IMG/VR virus record: IMGVR_UViG_3300005673_000003 | Span: 1-64,000 of that record | From: a virus | Direction: 5' to 3' (one strand) | Length of the DNA: 64,000 nucleotides | Shown: piece by piece, positions 48,055 to 56,258 of the stretch | How the letters are laid out: every line of letters starts with the position of its first letter | Numbering within the stretch: position 1 is the first letter of the stretch | Program-made: the position numbers and the translations under genes | The notes under the pieces: model-generated | What the model saw: only the letters and a program-made list of their open reading frames with translations | Told to the model about the DNA's origin: nothing | Databases searched by the model: none

Positions 48055-48594
48055 ATGGGAAAAACTATCTACAGCATTGATAACGAATTGCAAATTTGCG
48101 ATTCAGCTTATATCCGAGTCCTCTGCGGATCACCTTCAGACCCAACCTGGGCAAAGTATCGGAGACTGGCAGGAGTGCCCAAAAAGGCTAAGAGAATCAC
48201 TCTGCGGCAAAGCTTCTTACTCTGGACGACTGCCAACCTATACCATAACGGGGAGAGGGGATTGACCCGCTTCAAAGTAGCATCGATCGCGAACGAGTTG
48301 CTCCAGGTACATCCAGAGGTAAGCGACTTGATGACGACGCTAGCCGGAGGGGATGGCATCGAAGGCCGCAATCTAGCGCAGGCTATCTCCAATTTAATCG
48401 GGAAAGAAGTATCAACCAGAACGCTTTACCGGAGGGGATCTGCACTCAGCCTCCCAAAGTTCCAGATGAATAAGCGGTACTCGCTGGAGCAGGTTCGCAG
48501 ATTTGCCGCCTCCTTCCCGGAGCGACAACCCAGACGGAAGCGCGCCCCAAAGAAGCGGCAGGAAAAAGAAGCTCCTGAAGCCAAAAGAGCTTAA
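48055..48594 (+). CDS. Putative wHTH DNA-binding protein
   Basis: NLAQAISNLIGKEVSTRTLYRRG...YSLEQV; basic tail. Confidence 0.55.
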   Translation: MGKTIYSIDNELQICDSAYIRVLCGSPSDPTWAKYRRLAGVPKKAKRITLRQSFLLWTTANLYHNGERGLTRFKVASIANELLQVHPEVSDLMTTLAGGDGIEGRNLAQAISNLIGKEVSTRTLYRRGSALSLPKFQMNKRYSLEQVRRFAASFPERQPRRKRAPKKRQEKEAPEAKRA

Positions 48595-48653
48595 CCCTAG
48601 CTCAGCACTTAATCGACTATCAATAATCAATCAATTTCACATCGGAGTCAGAT

Positions 48654-49229
48654 ATGAATCCAATCAAGAGCCTCTTTAAGTTTTTCCTCCAGATAGGCAT
48701 CCTGGGAGGGATTCTGATCGGCATGATGCACATGGTTAGCCAGAGTGACCAGAGACAAGCAGCAAAACTGGCCGCGCAGAGTCAACAATCCCAACAAGAA
48801 GGAAGACAGCAGGAGGGGCAAGGGGGAATAGTTACCGTGGTACCCAGCCCAGGCACTACGGTAACGCAACCTGGCGATAGCCGGATCATTATTCAGGCTA
48901 ATCCTACTCCTACCCCTCAAGCAATCGCGCCATCTCCGGTTGCACCAGCACCTATCCCCACTCCTGCTCCTACTCCTCAATCTCCTGCGCAAGGGATTGG
49001 AACCCCTATCTTCAGTCAACCAAATACATCTGCAGCAAATCAATCGGGCTACCTGCCCAGCCGCTCTCCAATCTCGTTACCCAGCAATCCACAAACCGGG
49101 CAACCCTATCGGCAGAACGGCATGATCTGGATTGTGTCTGGGGGGCAGTCAGGCTGGATCATGGAGGGAGCGATCGCTGCCCCTGCACCCGTAGCACCGC
49201 AGGCGGCTCAGCCCTATCAAGCTCTCTAA
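48654..49229 (+). CDS. Single-TM Pro/Gln-rich protein
   Basis: N-terminal TM; PAP repeats; 12-mer and RBS upstream. Confidence 0.7.
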   Translation: MNPIKSLFKFFLQIGILGGILIGMMHMVSQSDQRQAAKLAAQSQQSQQEGRQQEGQGGIVTVVPSPGTTVTQPGDSRIIIQANPTPTPQAIAPSPVAPAPIPTPAPTPQSPAQGIGTPIFSQPNTSAANQSGYLPSRSPISLPSNPQTGQPYRQNGMIWIVSGGQSGWIMEGAIAAPAPVAPQAAQPYQAL

Positions 49230-49310
49230 GCTCTTTTTTAGCTGTTCTAGATTTCTAGAAATCTGAATTTCTAGATTCGCAATAATCAATCAATTCATGG
49301 AGGTAAGAAG

Positions 49311-49643
49311 ATGCTGGGAAGATTGCTGGTGATTTTATTAGCTGTGCCGTTTTTAATCGTCCTGACCGCTGGCGTTGCTGGGGTGTTCAAGGCTGGCAAG
49401 TATGCAGAGGTTGCTAAGGATGCTGGCAACCTCCTAGATAGCATCGGCAGGTTAGATTCTGGCGGCTTGCCAGTATTTGATCAGCCTTACGGGTCGAATC
49501 GGGTTGCAATCCTGCCTAAAGGCTCTCAGGTGCAAGTTAGTGCCTACAAAGAAAACGGGAGGGTATTTATCCAATCTGGCAGCACTTCTGGATGGGTGCA
49601 GGAAAGCGCTCTAACTCCGGTGACTGGCTCATCTCCCCGGTGA
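49311..49643 (+). CDS. Membrane-anchored SH3b-like domain protein
   Basis: N-terminal TM; LPVFDQP...ILPKGSQVQV...SGWVQESAL. Confidence 0.7.
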   Translation: MLGRLLVILLAVPFLIVLTAGVAGVFKAGKYAEVAKDAGNLLDSIGRLDSGGLPVFDQPYGSNRVAILPKGSQVQVSAYKENGRVFIQSGSTSGWVQESALTPVTGSSPR

Positions 49644-50109
49644 CGCTTTTTGTCAAAAAATTTCGCTTAAGATAGAGTTGTCACGGCTGAAACCCGCTCT
49701 GGGCTTGGATCTCTATTTTTGACAAACTTAAGACATTTTTGAAAGTCGATAATTGATCGATTATTGCAAAGATGGCTGAAACGCCCAGCCAGAGCGTTAA
49801 TCAATCGATTTTCGAGAGCTAAAAAAGAGGGCAAAAGGGGTTAAGATAAACTTTGCAGAAAATGGCAGTTTGTCACAAGACAGCCCTCAAACACTCTCTG
49901 GGTATGGCCTGCGAGGTTATCTTAAGTGTTTTTCGGATCTGGAAAAACCCCAAAAAACCAGGGGTTTCCTATAAGGGGATCTGGCGATCGGCCAGCGCTG
50001 CCAAACCGAGCTGAGGTTAGCCAGGGCTGCCACGACTCGCAAGAGATACCTCACCAGGATGTCTACCAGGACAACCAAGCATCAATAATCAATCGATTTT
50101 GGAGGATAG

Positions 50110-51099
50110 ATGATCACAGCAAAACGATTGGCTTACTCTCTACTCCAGGCACTTTTACTGCAAGGAGCTAGCGGGGCAGAACTGGATCCAGATGATCCAG
50201 AAACCGATCCAACCAGCCCAAATTATTTAGCCTGGATGTGCCATCAGGTTATCAATGCACCGGAGCATCCAACGGTAGAGGAAAATGAAAAACTACATCG
50301 CTGGATTGGCTGCATTCAGGGAGTACTTATCTCCTCAGGGCAGACAATTGAGGAGCGTCGAGCGATCCTTCAGCATGAACGGGATAGAACCCGGAATATA
50401 GTCAAACCTTTAAGCAGCCAATAATCAATCGATTTTGAAGGAAGTATCGGAGGAAGTATGGGAGCAGCAAAACAGAAGCGATTAGCCAATAAAGATACTG
50501 GTCGAGCTGCCAGGTATTGCATCTGGTTTTGGCATGACCTTGATCCAGGGGCAGGGAAGTACAACTGGTTCAGCAAGATTATTTTTTATACGAGAACAGA
50601 TAGCGGCGTTTGGAGCGGCGACTTGCAGGCCATCCACGATACCAATATCCGGGCGGTTGGTTGCCTGGGAATCATCACTGCTTTCATGCGGTTCCCCGGC
50701 AACAAGAACTACAGAGAAGCGCTGATAAAAGCATTGGGCCAGGAGAGCTTAAAGCAGCTTGAAGGATTAGCTGCTGATAGGCCCATTGGGAAAACCTTTG
50801 TAATGCAGCTCCGAGGCAGGCTAATCAATATCGATAATGAGAGTTTTGACTCGGTGGGGATCTACCCCTACCTGGAAGGGGTGCCGGACGGAGATGGGAT
50901 CAAAGCTGGGGAATATGCTCTAAATTTAGAGCGATCGCTGGCGCTGGCGACCGAGAGTACCGCTAATAAGGTAAAGCGGATTGATTACGACAAAGAAGCA
51001 GCAAAGCTGGATGAGCTTGGAGATCTTGCTGAAAAGCTGCATCAGATGGGAGTCAGCGCCCCAGTCCCTATCGAGCATCGAATTATGAAGCTTGCGTAA
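50110..51099 (+). other. Two hypothetical CDS (50110-50424, 50458-51099)
   Basis: Each preceded by a 12-mer and a GGAGG RBS. Confidence 0.72.
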
Positions 51100-51123
51100 A
51101 TCAGGTGCCCCTCCCTACCCGTT

Positions 51124-51145
51124 GAGACATAATAGGGATGTAAGC
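51124..51145 (+). promoter_or_regulatory. Conserved -10 block promoter
   Basis: GAGACATAATAGGGATGTAAG, then the 12-mer, RBS and a 53-aa ORF at 51177-51338. Confidence 0.7.
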
Positions 51146-51603
51146 GCGAATCAATCAATTATCGGAGTAAGCAGCCATGTCTAATCAATACGCTAATCTG
51201 ACCGCTTCTGAGCTGAGAGCCGAATTCGAGCGTTTAACCGCTGTAATGCAAGAGGTTGCTCAGCGGATCTCCAATGACTACAAAGGGTATCTTTCCCCGA
51301 CTGCGGAGCAGATGCATGAAGCTCACACCACCTGCTGACGCGAGGTGGTGTGAGCTTCATTACCAGCATGGAGGCGAGGGGCACCCGTTAAGGTTTTCTC
51401 AATACCAGAATAATTAATCGATTATTGCCCTAAAAATTCTTGTAGTCAGATCCAATCAAAATCAGATACAATCAATTCGCTCGGAGCTTCTAACCAACTC
51501 TAAGCAACGCTGATAACTGTACTTCAAGCCGTAGTCCATCCTGCGGCTTATTTTTGTATTTTTATCCAATTACCCCTCGCTAGAATAGTGGCAAGCAAAT
51601 TTA

Positions 51604-52350
51604 ATGAGGGATAGGGATATGCAGACAATCACAGCAAAAATTGCAACCAAGCTTAAGAGGCGGCCCATCGATTCATCCCAGTTGCAACCCAACGAATTTA
51701 TCTCAGTGCCTGTCGGGAAGAGCTATGGAGTAGATAAAATCTCTCCCATTGAAAACGGGCATTACAAAGTAACTCTGGCAGCTAATAGCGGTACCTTCTT
51801 TGTCTTTGGTGGACATTGGGATGGGATAGCTACCCAGTTAATCTCTAAAAAGCAAGCAGAGATTATCTTCGGGAATCCAATCTACGATAACGAGCTGAAC
51901 GATTTGAATGCCTGCTTAAATCGCTACCAGATCAATACAGCTCTAAGGATGCGGCATTTTATGAGCCAGATTGCCCACGAATCGGGTGGTCTGCGCTGGA
52001 TGAAAGAGCTGGCAGATGGCTGGGATTATGAATGGAGGAGCGACCTGGGAAATAATCGGCCCGGTGATGGCCCCAGATACAAAGGGGCAGGAGTAATTCA
52101 GCTCACCGGACGGGCAAATTACCAGGCATTCAGCAAAGCGATCGGAGATCCCAGGGTTATGGAAGGTTGCGATTATGTTGCCTCCACCTATCCGTTTACC
52201 AGCGCTGGATTTTTCTGGAGCCGGAACAGGTTAAACGATTTGTGTGACTCTAGTGCTTCGGTTGAGCAAATCACCAGAGTCATTAATGGCGGAGTTAACG
52301 GCTTAGACGATCGTATTCACTACTACAACCTGGCCTGCAAGGTTATTTAG
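51604..52350 (+). CDS. Glycoside hydrolase family 19 endolysin
   Basis: HFMSQIAHESGGL, LGNNRPGDGPRYKGAGVIQLTGRANY, ITRVINGGVNGLDDR. Confidence 0.92.
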   Translation: MRDRDMQTITAKIATKLKRRPIDSSQLQPNEFISVPVGKSYGVDKISPIENGHYKVTLAANSGTFFVFGGHWDGIATQLISKKQAEIIFGNPIYDNELNDLNACLNRYQINTALRMRHFMSQIAHESGGLRWMKELADGWDYEWRSDLGNNRPGDGPRYKGAGVIQLTGRANYQAFSKAIGDPRVMEGCDYVASTYPFTSAGFFWSRNRLNDLCDSSASVEQITRVINGGVNGLDDRIHYYNLACKVI

Positions 52351-53017
52351 TGCCGTTTCCCTTGAACGCTCTTGTCGGAGGGAGTGAAATCGCTTCCTCC
52401 GTATTCCATCCGCAATTCAACCTAGTTTTAAGCGACTCCCGCCCGATATTGCATCGCTGGTCTTTTAGCCACATCGCAAGGGTTTTAGTCTCTCCCCATG
52501 CGGTTACATACCTGCAAGCCGCTTTATTGTTTTGCTGTGTAACCCAATCAGCCCATCTGCAATTTTCAGGGCAGTAATCTTTTGAGCCATCCTTGCGATC
52601 CAAAGTCAGATTATCCTGATACCCATTCTGCAAAGCCCAATCTCTAAAAGACTCATAGCTTTCGCTCCATTCATCGCAAACCTTAATCCCCTTACCAAAA
52701 TAGTGCCTATTCTTGCCGTCGCGACGATGGTTTTTACACCTATCTTTCATCCCATGCCAAATACTATAAAGCCTGGTATACGTCTCCCCATGCGTTTTAC
52801 TGGGATGCTTCTTTTTGATTGCTTCAACTCTTAAGCACCCGCATGATCTTGTAGGCCGAGCTTTACTACGCAATCTAGATTGTCTAATCACGACTGGATT
52901 AGGATTACCACAATCGCAGGTGCATTCCCATAGGCCATCCTTTTGACCGCCCGGAGAAATGTGAAACCCCAAAAATTTAACAGGGTTCAAACGCCCAATT
53001 TTTGATATCGTGTCCAT
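52343..53017 (-). CDS. Free-standing HNH homing-endonuclease-like protein
   Basis: WECTCDCG, SCGC, LYSIWHGMKDRC, TLDRKDGSKDYCPENCRWA. Confidence 0.85.
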   Translation of the reverse strand: MDTISKIGRLNPVKFLGFHISPGGQKDGLWECTCDCGNPNPVVIRQSRLRSKARPTRSCGCLRVEAIKKKHPSKTHGETYTRLYSIWHGMKDRCKNHRRDGKNRHYFGKGIKVCDEWSESYESFRDWALQNGYQDNLTLDRKDGSKDYCPENCRWADWVTQQNNKAACRYVTAWGETKTLAMWLKDQRCNIGRESLKTRLNCGWNTEEAISLPPTRAFKGNGTK

Positions 53018-53240
53018 AGTCCCTCAATAGATGAAGCTGTTGATGGATTAGAGACTGCTCGATTAAAAACCACTAAAACCGAGCAGTCTTGCTAGTTCAA
53101 TTGTACTTTATGTATATATGCTGTTATGCATAAAACACAATTAAAAATGGAGTCTATCTAAAAGCATAAAGAAATCGATGCAGCCCATGATTAGGCGCTG
53201 CATCGATATATCGGAGTAAAATCAATCAATTTTAGCAATG

Positions 53241-53417
53241 CTATCGCAACCTCTTGAAGGCACTTGGCTTATGAGTATCCCAGGCAACCCAAGCTGTCAG
53301 GGCTATCGCTGCCAGTAGCATTATCCATCCTGGGAGCTTGAAGACAGCAAGTATGAGGGCGATAACTGCAATCGATAAATAGACGATGACCATCTGACGG
53401 ATGAGCTTCTTAAGCAT
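53241..53417 (-). CDS. 58-aa two-TM protein, absent from the ORF track
   Basis: MLKKLIRQMVIVYLSIAVIALILAVFKLPGWIMLLAAIALTAWVAW...; start overlaps the upstream stop. Confidence 0.6.
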   Translation of the reverse strand: MLKKLIRQMVIVYLSIAVIALILAVFKLPGWIMLLAAIALTAWVAWDTHKPSAFKRLR

Positions 53418-54620
53418 TACGAACTACCTGCCATTCATGCAGAGTTATTCTATCAGCTCCAATAAACTCCCAGTAGGGCTTCCCTAGCGGCTGGCAGGAT
53501 AACTTAAACTTGCAGAGCCAGCCTTCGCCCCATACCATCGTTTGATAGCCAATGTAGTGAGTTTCTGGATTATTCAATAATTCGCAAGTCCTAAGCAACC
53601 TGGCGACCAGTTCGGTTGATGGCTGCTCCTGCTCTATCTCTATAAGATCACTTGATGGAATCACCTTACCTTTCTTCCCGATTTTGGTTTCATTGGTGCA
53701 GCTATCAAGCTCCTGAATTTGCTGTCTGACATAATCCGGCGTTGCATGATCTTCAGGGGTTACTGCAGTTACTGCGGCGTTCTTGCGGTTATCAAGTATG
53801 CGGTCAGGAATGCGATCGCGGAACGGGTAAACATCCATCACTCGCGTATCTAGCAGGTTAATCAATTCCCAGATGTAGCCGATAGCTGGATTACCTTCAC
53901 CGTAAATAATCACATGCTTGATGCAGCGTGCCATTAGAAGCGCTATCTTCGCCCTGGCTGGCAGTATCTCCCATCCTGGGCAATTAGTCCCGGCATCGAA
54001 AGCAATGCTAAGTAATTCCGATGCATCCTCTGATAACTGCGGCAGCTCATCCCCTTCCTGACAAAAAACGCACAGATCCTTGTACTCGTAATATCCACGT
54101 TTCATGATTTGATTGCTCCTTAAAATCGATTGATTATTGTGATGACTGAACTGTAGATGCATCCCTGATAGAGCTAGAAGCGGCTGGAAGGATTGCTACC
54201 TCCAGCTAGGTAATCGTAAACCTGAGCAGCAACCGGAGCTGATTGCGGCTCGGTAGACTGCAAGCTAATGCCAGGGAAATCTCTGACTACCTGAATTTCC
54301 TCGACGATACTTCTATCGGTTCCGCCGCTCTTAAATCTGCGGCAAAGTTCAGCCTTGGAAAAGATAGCTTCATCGGCATCTGCTTGCACTACCAAGTACA
54401 GATCTTGAAGCTCTGATTTGCCTACAGATTGCTTCAAATCGTAAGTCCTGATGAAGCCGCCATGAGGATACTCTAGTTCCTTGACTGCTACCACCTCACA
54501 GTAGTAAGTCTCCAGGATTGCGGATGGCCGCATTTCATAGGTAGGGATTCCAAGCTCATGAGTCGGCTCTTGCGGCTGACCAGCTTCGATTTTAGCTCTA
54601 GCTCTGATTCTTAGAATCAT
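53410..54620 (-). other. Two hypothetical CDS (53410 to ~54105, start MKRGYY; 54174-54620)
   Basis: RBS-like sites; 12-mer at 54124. Confidence 0.65.
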
Positions 54621-54652
54621 GATTACTTACTCCGATGAATCGTTTGAGTCGA

Positions 54653-54945
54653 TTATTTACCTTCAAACCGCTCTACGCGATCGTAGTATTGGTTAGCTAC
54701 AAACTCCCTGGCTAATGCTGCTCCGTTATCAACATACTCGACTAGATTCAGCTCTTGCCAAACCTCTCTCGCTTCTACAAGCTCCGAGGGGTCACTCTCT
54801 AACTGACTCCAGAAACCATCCTTAAAAGAGCGCTCCCAATTCCCGCGACACCACAATCCCTTTTCTTTTAGCTTGCCTAGCAGGAATAAACGGGCAGCCT
54901 CGAAATCGTAATCTTTGGGGGGGGAATAAAGGTGGGGGTGGTCAT
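54653..54945 (-). pseudogene. Hypothetical gene frameshifted at a G8/C8 tract
   Basis: ATG at 54945 downstream of the promoter is out of frame with the long ORF; adding one C at 54917-54924 restores MTTPTFIPPPKDYDF... Confidence 0.55.
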
Positions 54946-54965
54946 AGCGCTTAAGGTTTGATTGG

Positions 54966-55021
54966 CTTACATCACTATTATGTCTCGCACTCTTGAAAGG
55001 GGGATCCGTATTTCTACGGAT
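54966..55021 (-). promoter_or_regulatory. Bipartite phage promoter, copy 4
   Basis: Perfect ATCCGTA-N4-TACGGAT (55004-55021), 17 nt, GAGACATAATAGTGATGTAAG on the minus strand. Confidence 0.82.
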
Positions 55022-55050
55022 ATTTGCAGAAGCCGCAGAAATCAATCAAT

Positions 55051-55548
55051 TTATAGATCCTTCTTTCGGATTGCTGGGATTCCGGCATACAATCCGTTCG
55101 GAGCGGTGGAGTGGGTAACTACGGCTCCTGCCGCAATCACGCATCCAGAAGCTATCTGCACTCCAGGGAGGATGGCAGCTCCCGCGCATATCCAGCTTCC
55201 CTGCCCAATCACTACAGATTTAAGGATTAAGCCGCCCAGCTTGACTCGGCAAGCGCTGCCGCCAATCTCATGCGAAGTAGTAAGGATCCGGACTCCTGGC
55301 CCCAATCTGGCGCAATCTTCCAGGATGATTGACGCTCCATTATCCAGAAAGCAATCCCGGTTTAGATAGGATTTATGCCCCATGTAAATATTGCTTAAAT
55401 CAGGATGAGCGAAGGTGCAGCGAGGGGAGATATATGCATCTTCTTCCAGATGCATCCCGCCAAATAATCGATAGATTATTGCCCTCTCCTCGCTGGATAA
55501 CAGTTCTGACCCAGCGATCGCGTTAATTAGGAATGATTTGAATTTCAT
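55051..55548 (-). CDS. Hexapeptide-repeat (LbH) sugar O-acetyltransferase
   Basis: LGPGVRILTTSH, VVIGQGSWICAGAAILPGVQIASGCVIAAGAVVT, LYAGIPA. Confidence 0.9.
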   Translation of the reverse strand: MKFKSFLINAIAGSELLSSEERAIIYRLFGGMHLEEDAYISPRCTFAHPDLSNIYMGHKSYLNRDCFLDNGASIILEDCARLGPGVRILTTSHEIGGSACRVKLGGLILKSVVIGQGSWICAGAAILPGVQIASGCVIAAGAVVTHSTAPNGLYAGIPAIRKKDL

Positions 55549-55569
55549 AATACTGCCTTAAATCATCAA

Positions 55570-55600
55570 AAAAGGCTGTAGCAATCATCGCCACAGCCTT
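55570..55600 (-). terminator. Terminator after tail tube
   Basis: AAGGCTGT...ACAGCCTT stem with a T run on the minus strand. Confidence 0.6.
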
Positions 55601-55700
55601 AAACTAGCACCTAGAAGAAATTTGCTTGGAGTATCTAAAACTGGAAGCATAAACCTATCAAAACGGCAAACTTATGCTTCCAGTCACACTCATTTTGACT

Positions 55701-56204
55701 CTAGTTCTCCAACATCACATCATCGTAGTTGATAGTGACCTTGAGCATGGTATCTCCATCTTCGCCATTATCAGCCTTCACATCCAGAGCGGGAAGCTCC
55801 ATTTTGGACGGGAAGCAGCCGAATAACCGAGCGCGAACAGGGGGAAGATCTGAACCAGAATCGTAAGTCCCTGGAGAACCCCGGAAAAGCCGGAAGTAGA
55901 TCAGGGTTGCATCTCGCTTGTATTTGGGGTTAATCCCCTTGTCACCAGAAACGTCTTTGCACATATTGAACCATTCGCTGTAAGCTTGACGGTCTTCATT
56001 ACGTGCAAACTGAATCTCGATAGTGAAATCACCCGCTCTCACCCGACCACCAGGCACCCTGGTTTGGTCTGCAAGGTTAATAACTCCGATTTCCATTGGG
56101 ATGGGATCGCGGGTCAGGTGAATAATTACTTCAGGAAGCCCGTTTACCAAAAAGCGTTGCTTCGCCTTTGGTAAAATATTGCCCTCTAATGTTCTCTTCT
56201 GCAT
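55701..56204 (-). CDS. Tail tube protein
   Basis: Directly after the sheath gene; KRDATLIY...ARLFGCFPSKMELPALD...VTINYD (T4 gp19-like pattern). Confidence 0.8.
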   Translation of the reverse strand: MQKRTLEGNILPKAKQRFLVNGLPEVIIHLTRDPIPMEIGVINLADQTRVPGGRVRAGDFTIEIQFARNEDRQAYSEWFNMCKDVSGDKGINPKYKRDATLIYFRLFRGSPGTYDSGSDLPPVRARLFGCFPSKMELPALDVKADNGEDGDTMLKVTINYDDVMLEN

Positions 56205-56258
56205 TGCTTGAATATCTCCTTTGTTGAGTTTATTGCACCAAGTTATTAGATGCTTTGA

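Larger units (their letters stand above)
46865..49926. repeat. Local TTAAGA(T/C)A repeats in non-coding regions of the ATPase module
   Basis: GGTTAAGATAAAC at 46865 and 49839; TGACAAA(C)TTAAGACATT at 47978 and 49720; CTTAAGATA at 49666, inverted at 47952 and 49918. Confidence 0.7.

Noticed and set aside
49640-50090. Possible CRISPR leader or array (GGCTGAAACCC...CTGGG-like motifs)
   Set aside because: No regularly spaced direct repeats with unique spacers and no cas genes
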